From: Mytilus californianus | Lineage: Eukaryota | DNA: 64,000 nucleotides | Reading direction: 5' to 3' | Assembly: GCF_021869535.1 (NCBI RefSeq) | Contig: NW_026262690.1 | Location: forward strand, 108,996,001 to 109,060,000 | Shown here: one piece after another, positions 52,234 through 63,734 of the stretch | How the letters are laid out: each line of letters begins with the position of its first letter | How positions within the stretch are numbered: position 1 is the stretch's first letter | The notes under the pieces: generated by a model | Seen by the model: only the letters and a program-made list of their open reading frames with translations | Databases searched by the model: none | What the model was told of the DNA's origin: nothing | Translations under genes and position numbers: made by a program

Positions 52234-52857
52234 CTGTTTGAAATTGAAAGTTTTTGATGTGCATAAATTCTGATTCGTGTACTTGTTTAATTGTAGTTTT
52301 GTAAAGGCAATATGACAGTTATTAGGAAGAAGAAATCAACCTTCCCAAAAAGTTATAATAAAAGGCAGCAATAAAAAATAGAGATTTAGAAAAAGCACAT
52401 TAACGCTGGAATGGTATCTGATATTCCAATTACGATTCACGGTAATATTTCACTGCACCTTGTTAGTCGGTCATTAAATCTTTACTCATTTCACAGTGCC
52501 TTGAGTACAATATTTGTGATAGGAACATAAAATCCATTTGTTTTTGTTTTTTCTTTTATTTTAGAGATTGTAAGTCCTATAATCATCGTTATTGGAAATT
52601 TTGTTTAACTGCAAAACAATTCATAAAAATTTCAACAATTAACTGTTGCTTAAGTTCAAATATTATAAAACATCTAGATATAAAAAAATAAATGATAGGA
52701 CTGGTTAAACGGTGATCGTTTTGATAGATAGGAATGATTGCATTGGTGATACTACAAAAGCTGTCCTGTGTATTTTATATTCAAATTGCAAAATAATTGA
52801 ACAATTTGAATTGATGAGGATTTTTAAAAACACGGTACCTCAATGAAATAAACATAG

Positions 52858-53034
52858 TAGTTATAGAAGGACTGGTCATTATCGCGATACATGGACTGCC
52901 CGTAGGACAGTGTTATTGACTGCAACAACGATAATGACCTCGCCTACGGCTCGGTCATTATCGTTGTCTTAGTCAATACAACCGTCCTGTGGGCAGTCTA
53001 TATATCACGATAATTACCAGTTTCTCAATAACTA
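52858..53034. repeat. Fold-back inverted repeat (~80-bp arms)
   Basis: Arms pair imperfectly from TAGTTAT/ATAACTA inward to ACAACGATAATGACC/GGTCATTATCGTTGT around the loop TCGCCTACGGCTC. Confidence 0.88.
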
Positions 53035-53149
53035 TTATATAATTACTGCACTCATACTTTTGTTTATACCGCTCACTATATTTCGATGGCTAATTCAAAA
53101 CAAAACAGATAGCAGGAAGACACATTCTAATGCAATACATAGTAAATTA

Positions 53150-53350
53150 TCCGACTGGCATACAAGTGAGAGGTTTATCTAGTTATAAAACAAGGTTTAA
53201 TCCAACATTTTCTGCATAAGAAAATGCCTGTACCAATTCAGGAATATGACAGTTGTTGTCCATTAGTTTCATGTGTTTGAGCGTTTGATTTTGCCATTTG
53301 CTTAGGGACTTTACGTTAAGGATTTTCCATGGAGTTTAGTATTTTTGTTA
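53150..53350. repeat. Dispersed repeat family 2 copy
   Basis: Aligns with 19852-20052. Confidence 0.8.
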
Positions 53351-53814
53351 TTAAATTTTGATACAGAATTCAATGAACAATAATATATATATATATACCA
53401 AATTAAATAATTTTTTAAAACATTTTGGGAATTCTAAAATAACAAAGTGATTTTGCTTGAAGTTTTTAAGAAAGCAATAATGAGTTGAATGACATGTCCT
53501 AACTTGTTTAATTATTTTGTATATATTATTAACCTAGGAAGATTAGTTTGAAATGCAAATATTTGACACCACCCTTCTAGTGTCCGGTATCATTTGTTTT
53601 AATTGAATTTATGGATCCGTATACCTGCTGTATAAGTTTGAAGTGGTGAATATAGTATGTTATTTACTGTCTAATCGATCTGTAACGGTAATACTTCAAA
53701 TTAAGAGTTTACACAATCATGAGGGGCAAAACTACATCAATGTTAAAGGACACACATAGATCTTTTTTTCTAGCTTTCTGTAACTGCACAAGTTTTTCAA
53801 TCTTGTAATATGCA

Positions 53815-53990
53815 TTTTATAATGATATGTTTTTCTCGTTGCATTGTCGTTTGTTTTTTTGTTGTACTCCAGTATTTCTGTTGTTTCGTTGTTTTCCTCT
53901 TATAGTTGATGTGTTTCCCTCAGTTCTAGTTTGTAACCCAGATTTTTTTTCTCTTAATCGATTTATGACTTTTGAACAGCAGTATACTTC
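53815..53990. repeat. Dispersed repeat family 1 fragment, inverted
   Basis: Reverse complement of GCAACAGTAGTATAC...AAATCCGGGTTACAAAC...GAGGGAAACACATC. Confidence 0.75.
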
Positions 53991-54129
53991 TAATGTCTTT
54001 ATTTGCAATATTTCATTCCCAAGTTTATAAATTTAGTATCTTATGGACGGAGTTTTAAAGAGTAAATATATCGGGATGCTAGCTCAATCATCAAGTTTCA
54101 TCATACATTTTAAGCGTGTTTTGGTAAGT

Positions 54130-54597
54130 CCATAACAACGCTCAATATGCTCACAAGTAAGATATTAAACCAAGAGTTCCAAATGGTGAAGTTGAAATCA
54201 TCGCTTCGTAAATTCTACGGAATCCATCACGAGTTGGTTGACCGTTATGGAATATCCGTTTCGTAGATGATATCAGATATGTTCCTTATGTCGGAATTAC
54301 AATTCCGTTCCCTTTTCAAGAATGTGACCTACCGAATTAGACTATTTCCCAGTTTTGTAATAACATGAGCAACACGACGGGTGCCACATGTAGAGCAGGA
54401 TCTGCTTACCCTTCCGGAACACCTGAGTTCACCCCCAGTTTTTGGTGGGATTCGTGTTGCTTAGTTCTTAGTTTTCGATGTTGTGTCTTGTGTATTATTA
54501 TTTGTCTTTAGTCTTTTTCTTTTTTAGCCATTGCGTTGTCAGTTTATATTCGATCTATGAGTTTGACTGTCCCTCCGGTATCTTTTGCTCCTCTTTT
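54130..54597 (+). mobile_element. 3' end of a Penelope-like (probably Naiad-type) RT element plus its non-coding tail
   Basis: Frame reads LNMLTSKILNQEFQMVKLKSSLRKFYGIHHELVDRYGISVS*MISDMF, followed by the tail GAGCAGGATCTGCTTACCCTTCCGG...CACCCCCAGTTTTTGGTGGG that also occurs alone elsewhere in the window. Confidence 0.65.
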
Positions 54598-54748
54598 GAA
54601 TATGCTGATATCAGAATTACAGACGAGAGAAGAAAACAGAGATTTTATTTTACCTTATACTGAATTAACAAGTATTTAACAATATAGTAATAAATCATAC
54701 AATATAGAAAATGCATAATAAATCATAAAAAATAAAATATGTACTTAC

Positions 54749-54820
54749 AAAAATTCTTAGTTGATGTTATGTTCAAATGTGTCATTCTTGACAAAAGTCA
54801 AATTGTTTCCACTCAGGGAT
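54749..54820 (-). pseudogene. 72-nt LRR exon with in-frame stop: SLSGNNLTFVKNDTFEHNIN*EF(L)
   Basis: Strong splice sites (tttttttctgcAG / GTAAGT), phase 2/2, xLxxNxLxxVxxxTF consensus; TAA falls at a conserved Leu position, one base from TTA. Confidence 0.8.
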
Positions 54821-55589
54821 CTGCAGAAAAAAATGTGAACAATCCTTTGATATCATTGTCTCTCCAAAGTATGTTATTGATTGTAACGTTCAGCAAGTTA
54901 TAATTCAAGAATAGATCATCGTATTTAATTTTGATTTGTTCTTTGACTTTTTGATGCCAAAACACGAATCTAAGAAGAACACTTGTACTTGATAATTGGG
55001 TCACTGCAAGAAACTTTTTTAAAGGTTGAAAATATACTGCACAGCCCTATATTTTGACCTTTGAAAAAATTAGTAGTGCATATGAACTTCCCTTTCTACG
55101 ATATAATTTTTTTTTTGAAAACTTCACAGTAAAAGTGGTACAGTTTGAGCCGTAAAAAGAGTTCCTATGGGAAATTGGATTGTCGATATATATAGAAATG
55201 CAACCTCTAAGGTTGGTGAAAAAAGAGTACACACAGAATTTCACCAAATCTGGTTTATCTCAGAGATTTTAATGAAATTAAATAAAATATGAAGTGTTAT
55301 AAATTTTCAAGAAGATTGAGAAAATCCTGGACCTGTACTATGATGACTCAGCATAAATTCACAATTTACAGTATGCATAGTTTTAGCCGTAATAGGAGTT
55401 CCTATGGGAAATTGCATTGTCGATATTTACAGAAATGCAACATAAAAACAGCTTATATTCATGATTCATGGTCTTTTTTATTGATATTTTTTCGTGAAAC
55501 AATCTTCAAAGATAAATTTTCTAAATATACTGCCGAAATTTGTCCGATGGAAACTTACTTAAAAGAAATAAAATATAAACGGTATTAAC

Positions 55590-56100
55590 TGTCCTTTCCT
55601 AGATTTATGTATTTCAGTTTTTCATGGTGAAACTGTATCCTAAAATTCTCGAAAAAAAGAAAATATTTTTCGTTCCCTATTGTTTATTTTCCATTTTTAG
55701 ATGATGATGTTCTTTTTGCACCATCTCATGGTATAATACACCACACCTCGTTCGCTATGTCCGTCTCCTCTGTTGTGATTTTTTGGATTTTAATGAACGT
55801 TATCTATGTATTACTGGTATGTTATTTATTTTAAGGGATTTCGTGACCACAAATTACTTAAAACCTTTACTAAACTGTAAGTAGTAATTTTGGTTGTACC
55901 TGTAGAAAACTATTGCAAAAGGGATAGCACATCCTCATTTTTATGGTGAAAATGTTTACCGAACCCGGAAATGAAGAAAATATCCTGGAAATCTATCAAG
56001 CATTTATATAAAATTATTCTAAAAGGTTACCAGTTCAACAACGTATTTAGATCTTTGAATATTGTTTTTATTGGTATTAATATTGACTTTATTATTAGTG
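55590..56100 (+). mobile_element. Decayed Penelope-like RT C-terminal fragment (second family)
   Basis: Broken frames FSFPIVYFPFLDDDV...PSHG, LVRYVR...DFNERYLCIT, KGFRDHKLLKTFTK and CRKLLQKG/IAHPHFYG. Confidence 0.6.
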
Positions 56101-56394
56101 AATTAAAAGCAAACTGAATACTATTGTTAAATACATATGATAGATAGATAGTTTATTTTTCATAAAACCATGAAATACAAAGTTACAGAAAGATTAAAAA
56201 CAATCGTACAAAAAATAAATAAATACATAAATAAAAATAAAAAAAAAAATAAATACAAATATAAGAATACAAAGTAGGTGAATCATAAAATTGAGATTGG
56301 AAATGGGAATGTAATATACATGTTTAAAGAAATAGTTTTAGTGTTTAAATATGTTAAAACTATGGTTGAGAAGAAGGAGTAATTTTACTGTTGA

Positions 56395-56765
56395 TACATA
56401 AACGCAACAGTAGTGTACCACTGTTCGAAAGTCATAAATCGATTGAGACAAACACAAATCCGGGGGAAACACATCAACTATAAGAGGAAAACAACGAAAC
56501 AACAGAAACACTAAAGTGAACAAAAAACAAACGACAATGCAACACACACAGAAACGAACTATTAGATAACAACTGCCATTTTCCTGACTTGGTACAGGAC
56601 ATTTTAAGAAAAAATGGTGGGTTGAACCTAGTTTTTTGGCCACTTTTATGGCAATGTTAAATATAACACTAAAATGACACCAATACATGACAGGAATACA
56701 GTACAAATGAATGCAAGAACATTCAAGACAGAGAAATACACAAATAAACAATACAATAGTATATT
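56395..56765. repeat. Dispersed repeat family 1 copy
   Basis: Shares GCAACAGTAGT...CCATTTTCCTGACTTGGTACAGGACATTTTAAG with 8399 and 16920. Confidence 0.8.
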
Positions 56766-57129
56766 TCTACATGCTAACCACAGAATAAAAACGAACACGT
56801 AAAACAATACAGGACAGCACATAAAACAGCACAACAGAACAACGAACAGTCGTTCACACGACTGGAGCAACGCCACAAAAGTGACGTCACAGGTAAATTT
56901 CTAAAAAAAAAAAATGATACTGTTCAAGATCAGGTTTGTAACTATGTCATTTGATGTATTTTATAACAATTACAAGAATATTTATATAGAATTGTGTTAG
57001 TAATTAGATAATTATTTGTATTATCTAGCTATGTCGGTATTTTTTCTAAATCAAACTGTAAAACAAATAGATAGTGTACAAATAGTTGCTTTAAACTAAA
57101 ATCTTAGAAATGAACTAGGTGATTAATCA

Positions 57130-58320
57130 TCTTTACTTTTACATACGAATAGAAAATAAAAAAGGTAGAAATACAACTACAAACGATAAGACATTTAACA
57201 ATATCCGATCAGAATTACAAATACCACATCATAACTAAATACGTGAATGTTGGATAACAAGTACCTTGACACTAGCTATGCGAATTCACACTCAGCTAAA
57301 CAGTCATATTCGGGAATAGGTCATGTTCGGTACTTAAAAGACCAGACGACGTAAATGGTAAATCACAATCTAAGACGTGGTAAAAATGTCCTTAGTTAGT
57401 TTAGACACAGACACATCTAATGGATCAACCAATTCGTGATGGTGTCCATAAAATTCTTTATTTTGAATCTTTCCTCCTCATAACTTTGTTGGAGCAGTTT
57501 CTGTGTAAGAAGCACACTCCTGTATATGAAGTCCGTATAGTGTGAACATGCACGAGCATACACATTATGAAATTGCAAAGCTGTCTGAGTGTCTTTTGCT
57601 CTTTGGAGTTAAACAGTGTCTTGAATTAAACATTCATGAATCTACACTTTGTCGATACCTGTATCATGAATTTGCACGAGGTCATGCTTTTTTCTGACTG
57701 GTTATTAGATATTTACACTAAATCAATTGAATGTTAGATGTGTACTGATTGATAATTTAGTCTTAGATACATGATTTTTTTTATAAGTTGTTATTGACTT
57801 TGAACTAGATGTCTGTAACTGCGAGTACTCTCAGATAAGTGTCGTTTTGTTGCTAAGATGTACAAGTACTCTCCCGCGTTCACTCTGTTTTTTTGTCAGA
57901 TGTATTTTTATTTGTATCCATCTGATGAGTTAAACCCTTTTCAACTGATTTTAAAAGTCTGTTCTTATGTTGTACTGTAACACTAATATTTTAGGTAAAG
58001 GCGAGTTGGGCGTCCGCAAACTATTTAACTCCGCTACATTATATATGTGCCTGTCCAACGTCAGGAGTGATTGTTGTTTTTTGCTGTGTTGCATATTTGA
58101 CTTTTGTTCATTACTTTGTACATACATTAGGCCGTTAGTGTTCTCGTTTGAATTGTTTAACATTTGTCATGTCGCGGCTTTTTATATCTGCTTATCCGGT
58201 ACGGGCTTTGCTCATTGTTGAAGGACGTACGATGACATATAGTTGGTAATTTGTGTGTCAATTGGTCTCTTGTGGAGAGTTGTCTCATTGGCAATCAAAC
58301 CACATCTTCTTTTTTTTATA
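57130..58320. repeat. Long (~1.2 kb) member of dispersed repeat family 3, inverted
   Basis: Ends in TTGTGGAGAGTTGTCTCATTGGCAATCAAACCACATCTTCT; carries the TGTCCAACGTCAGGAG core variant; start boundary uncertain. Confidence 0.7.
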
Positions 58321-60389
58321 TTTTCAAATGTCTTCAGAGAATGTTAGACATTTAGTTATGGAAGTAAAAGTAACCATCAAAAAGGGATATAATGATTTAG
58401 AAGAACATACTGTACTATATAAAATTGGATTCTAAAATAAACAGAACCAGAAAAAAAAAAGGTTGCCCGTTTTGTAAATGTTGGTACTTTTAAAATTGCA
58501 AGACGAATTTCTGGTGTTTAAACAGCCAAATCAAAATGTCACCTTTCAGCGATCATCATAACCTTTACAGATGCGGTCATGTTAAGACCTCTATTTTGTT
58601 CTAAGTGCAGACAAACATGTGCATATGGAAACAGTTTACGGCATTGATGAGACATGATACAGAATTGAAATGTGTAATTTCAGAAAATTGAAGAATTTGA
58701 GTTTCATTTTTCTTGAAACAGAAAGTGTCAAAAATATACAAACTTTAGAAAATTCTCCGAGAAGTTCCTCCAAGTATTATTTGCATTGTGTTGCATTACA
58801 TGAACAATAGATCAACAGTAATCATCAGCGCAAGAAAGATGATTTATACCGAAGGAAAACAATGAACGGTACTTGTTTATAACTGTTCTATATGTATGAC
58901 TTAATTGATTCTAGATTTGATTGTACTCACAGTACGTTTTCCGGAATAAACATGCAATTGTTTCCAAAATGTTATGATGAATATTTGGAGTATATGGGTG
59001 AATGTACTGTTCACAGAAAATAAAGTAAAAACGTCTAAAGTAAAACACAACAAACGACATTCATACTACAACACTTTGCATGTACAGACAGTATGCGTTA
59101 ATATAAGGCGTAGGCACCCTTTTTTTAATTATCTATAGTCAATATTTAACAACAATTCAAACAGAATTAAAACCATTATTGTGTTGTTCCTGTCATACAT
59201 TTATTTATAAAATAACTATTCAAATAATTCAAATATAGTAATATATCCAAGGAGTGACCGAGCATTACATTTATAATTCACGAATGGGCGTAGAGCATGA
59301 TTTTTTTTTATTAGTGTTGTTCTGTCGCGAGTTTTTCCATATCTAAATCTGGGAGTAGTTATTTATTTTTATTACATTGATGATAAACCTCTTAGAAAAA
59401 AAGTAGAATCTGAGGAATAATGTCTTTTTCTACGCATACTCATTTTTTTTATGCAATGTAAGCGGCAACGTCTTGACAACATCAATAGTTGTATGACGCC
59501 AGAGATGGAAATTATCAGATTTATTTCACTTGTGAAATTATCGTGTAAATATTTTTATTTCACCGGGAAATCACGATGATTAATAATAGTCTATGTGACA
59601 ATTGATAGAAATAACAATGATTAGTCTCCAAGTGGATAATTGACAAATTGACTATGCGGTATGGACTTTGCTTATCATTGAAGGCCGTATAGTGATCTAT
59701 AATTGTAAATGTCCATGTGATTATATCTCTGGTGGAGGCGTACATCCCCTTCTTATTCTTTGATTTATAATAATTTGGTATTATTGTCAGCTAATTTATC
59801 TTCATTATATGATTTTCTTCACATGCAAGAAAGATGAAATTAAGAAATAAACTGACAAGGCCATGACTAAAAAAAAATAAATAAAAGACCAACAGCAGTA
59901 TACAAAACGCAACATAGAAAACTGAATACTGAGCAAGATGAACCCGAACAAACACTGGAGTGATATCCGGTGCTCCGGAAAGGTTATCAGATCCTGCTTC
60001 ACATGTGGCATCCGTAATGTTGACATTGTACATAGAGTCCGTTGGTAAAATATACACCAATAAGAAAATGATCAGATTTTAAAATGTAGTTCAAACATTA
60101 TCAATCTTTTTTTGACCACTTGTGTTGAATCAACGTTAAACATCAGAACCGTAAACGGATGTGTTCTTATCATTATTGTTTAATAAAATAGTTAACACTA
60201 ACTGAGTCACCTATGTTCTAACTATTGAATAAAAGAACTCTTGATATTAACAATTTATAATAGTAAACATAATCTGCCACGGATTGACGTTACAATTTTT
60301 CATTTCTTCTTCTCACTTATGACTTTGAATGTCCCTTTTGTATCTTTCGCCTCTATTCTAGATTAAATATTATAATAATTCAAACCTAC

Positions 60390-60461
60390 AGGACTCGGAG
60401 TGCTTGTAGGTCTTGGAATGTTCCTTTCTGCAGTGTAGTTATTCTATTGTTGTCCAATTGG
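60390..60461 (-). CDS. LRR exon QLDNNRITTLQKGTFQDLQALRV(L)
   Basis: Acceptor tattttgttttAG, donor GTAGGT; 72 nt, phase 2/2; full 24-aa typical-class LRR consensus. Confidence 0.92.
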
Positions 60462-61054
60462 CTAAAACAAAATAATAGGTAGAAATGTACATAAAATCAT
60501 TCAATATTGTTTTATGGTCCTGTTACCGCCGTATTTTAATCTTTATTTTAATTTTAATCATAGCTTTGAGCAAACGGTTTAACAGGACAAAACTTTTTAC
60601 TGCGTTAGTTATAGCCGTGGGTACAGTCAAAACTATTATCTTCAAAACGTATACACGTTTGTATGAGACAGTTATTTGGGTCAAATATAATTTCAAAACT
60701 GTTGAATTTTTTGCCGGAAGAAATATGTCAAACAAACATGAAAGATGAAATAACAACAGATAAACTACAGTTCAAATAATCATATAACTATTATCGAGCC
60801 AATTTGTCTTCTTCATCATATGTTCATTGAATCAAAGTTTACAATCAACATGGTCTTACGAAAGCGTTCATTATATTTATCAAATAGTCAAACAGTTGAA
60901 CGACCAGAAAGATGTTAGACATGAAAATAACACTTTATATTTTATTTGTCCGAAGTATTCACGGAAATTACTTTCATCAAGAACACTCAATGTTGGGTAT
61001 TTGAAAGCCAAGAATGTATAAGAACCTAGACTGTTGAAGAGATGTATGACCAAG

Positions 61055-61300
61055 AAAGGCAACAGTAGTATATAGTCATGAATCGATTAAGCCAAAAGAA
61101 AACAACAACCTAAAACAAATCCGGGTTACAAACTAAATCTGAGGAAAAACATCAACTATTAGAGGAAAAATAAAAAAACACAAACACCCCCCCCCCCCCC
61201 TCCAAAAAAACAAACAACAGAAACCCTGAACTGCTACAAAAAACAAACGCCAACATATACAGAAACGGACTATTCGATAACAACTATCATTTTCCTGGAC
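61055..61300. repeat. Dispersed repeat family 1 fragment in the intron between the two intact LRR exons
   Basis: AAAGGCAACAGTAGTAT...AAATCCGGGTTACAAACTAAA. Confidence 0.7.
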
Positions 61301-61432
61301 AATATGAACCAAATGATAATAGGCAAATTGATCAAAGTTTAAGTCCAACTTTGCCTTTGAGCAACTTACTGGGTCACTGATTGACTTTATATTGTTGCTT
61401 CGATATAAGATAATGTAATAATGTAAACATAC

Positions 61433-61504
61433 AGTCTTGTGAGTGCTGATAGGTCTTTAAATGTTGCTTGATGTAGAGAAAGTATTCTATTGTTGTCCAA
61501 ATAT
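61433..61504 (-). CDS. LRR exon YLDNNRILSLHQATFKDLSALTR(L)
   Basis: Acceptor ttacttttgtttcAG, donor GTATGT; 72 nt, phase 2/2; full 24-aa LRR consensus; 52/72 nt identical to 60390-60461. Confidence 0.92.
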
Positions 61505-62749
61505 CTGAAACAAAAGTAAAGTAAGGCAAAATATTCCTTGATGTATAGTACTGTTATCAATGAAGGTTACCAATTCTTTAGTATCCTTTAATCGCTTGTA
61601 TATTTTCAATTTTACCACTCATTAAATTATAAAAAGGAAAAATAGAAATAAAATTGAAAATAAGTTTGAGCAGATGATAAGAAAGAACCAAAGTTATCGC
61701 AGTTTATGTATTAATTGTAGCGATAAGCAAAACGTTACGTCCTCCCAAGTATATATGACAGAGTGCATCAGATTAAATTTAATCTGATAAATTTAATGAC
61801 AATAACTGTTTTTTTGCTAGAAGAAATAAACAAATGATTGATGTATGACTACGACTTCGCTTTGACAAACTGTATGTATTTGTGAACCGAAATATGTCAT
61901 CTTTGGACGTTTCGTATATTTTACTATTTCAACCTATATGGACATTGTTATCAATACCTATTAAGTAAGCTATCAAGTCTACTATATGCAGATCATAATC
62001 ATAGTATTCAATGTATTTGAACAAACTAAATACCTGAATTGTACATGTTAAGTCAACTGTCAAAGTTTAGACCTATGACTTTTTCGATGCAAATACAAAT
62101 GGCAATATAAATATAAATCAATCCGAAATATTATGTAGTGGGTTTTGAATCTTTCACCAGTTTTTCAACCGTTGCACGTAAACTGGCAACGGACAAAGGT
62201 TTAAACCGGAAACAATTTCGAAAGGATCATTGGGTCACTAATAGAGCTTATTTGCCGCTGCATCTTTTAACAATGTTGAAGAAAATTGATTTAAAACGTT
62301 TCAAACAGGTTTAAAATGTTTAGATTGTGCTGATTCAGTTTTGACCGGTTTCAAACGGTAAAGGAAAATATGGAACTAATTTTATTCAAAATGAATAAAA
62401 TGTCCATGGTGAATTGATTCAAAAATTATCAGACAAATTAGTTAAGGAGGTAAAAGTTACCAGCGAACAAGCGAACAGTATGTATTTATTCAAAAGAACA
62501 AAATATAATTAATAAGATTGATTTAAAAACAACAATAGAAGTAACAGATCAGGGATGCACATTTTTAAATGTTGGTAGTTTTAAAATTATGAAAATAGCT
62601 TCTGCTGTTTGGTGTGCGTGTGAAAAATCATTAAAAATGTTCAACACAGCAATTTTTTGAAAAGCTATTTCTTAAAAAAAAATGTTAACTTTAATATGAC
62701 TAGTAAAAAACATAAAATTAATTGATATTTTATTGTATGTCTTGTTATG

Positions 62750-63110
62750 CTATAATGTTACACTTCTGTGTTAAGGTTAATGTGAAGGTTAGAGCATGTT
62801 TAAACGTTTAAGCCCACTGTATTTTTATACACCTGTCCTAAGTCAGGAGCATTTTGTATAGTGATTATCGGTGTTGGTGGGTTCATAGGTGTGTCTCGTT
62901 TCACGTTTGTTATATAAATTAGACCGTTGATTTCCCCGTTTGAATTGTTTTACACTAGTCACTTTGGGCCTTTTATTACTTGCTGATCAGTGTGATTTAA
63001 GGCTCTGTGTTGAAAGACCTTGTTAAATCTATAATTGTTAACTGTTTATACATTTTGACTTGGATAGAGATTTGTCTCATTGGCACTCATACCACATCTT
63101 CTTATTTATA
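62750..63110. repeat. Dispersed repeat family 3 variant, inverted
   Basis: Collinear with 16540-16875. Confidence 0.75.
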
Positions 63111-63734
63111 ATTAATGATTGAAAACCCTTTGAAAAATAACTGCAGCTCTGGACAATAATACATTGAATAAAATTGGCAACATGATCTTGTTGATATTTA
63201 CGGCCAATAATAACATACTTTAAATATTAAATTGATAAACCTTTATTTAGTTTCTTAGTACAGACACACATGTGCATCTTGACAAAATTTGGAGGCATTT
63301 ACTTGAATTGTTCTCTCTCTAATATATCGCGAGTCGGAAAGGGGTAAAAAGGGCGTTGATGGTCTGTTAGTTGGTTAATATTGAATTAGATTTACATGCT
63401 AACTGCATAGCTTAAGATATAATTTAGTAACTCTAATACATGTTACTGTCACATTTTGAAACAAAATAATCCAGTTATTATAACATTTTGCGTTTAGCAT
63501 ATTGGGTAAAACTCTTTTGTCGATTACAATTACGACTTCTGAGGGACAAATTTAAAACATGACGTTGACCTTTGGTCGTCAATTGTATTACCAAGTTCTG
63601 GTCCCGAAAGTAATTTACTCATGTCTAAACGGCTTATGGTTTCAGATTTACTGCTACAGAACACTTTGTAAAAGAGGGACAGAGTGATAAATCCCATAAA
63701 TTGTCATTTAATCGCTTCAGTAAAAATTAAGAAA

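Larger units (their letters stand above)
9395..61504 (-). other. Multi-exon locus for a type I membrane receptor: LRRs - LRR-CT - (EGF) - S/T stalk - TM - Tyr-motif tail; 5' end outside window
   Basis: Nine GT-AG exons with compatible phases, in correct domain order on the minus strand. All LRR junction codons give Leu (CT|C, CT|A, TT|G). LRR-CT-A ends phase 1 into EGF (G|AC=Asp); stalk to TM gives T|AT=Tyr; TM to tail gives CA|G=Gln. Confidence 0.75.

Noticed and set aside
54813-55004. 63-aa ORF MTQLSSTSV...FSADP
   Set aside because: It runs through the polypyrimidine tract of the LRR exon and overlaps that exon in a different frame; no domain.
57922-57960. CTGATGA as another hammerhead
   Set aside because: No GAAA after the putative helix II and no helix III/NUH.
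58931-59006. Candidate exon containing HFGNNCMFIPENV (LRR-like)
   Set aside because: 76 nt rather than 72, in-frame TAA upstream, and the register does not match the other LRR exons.
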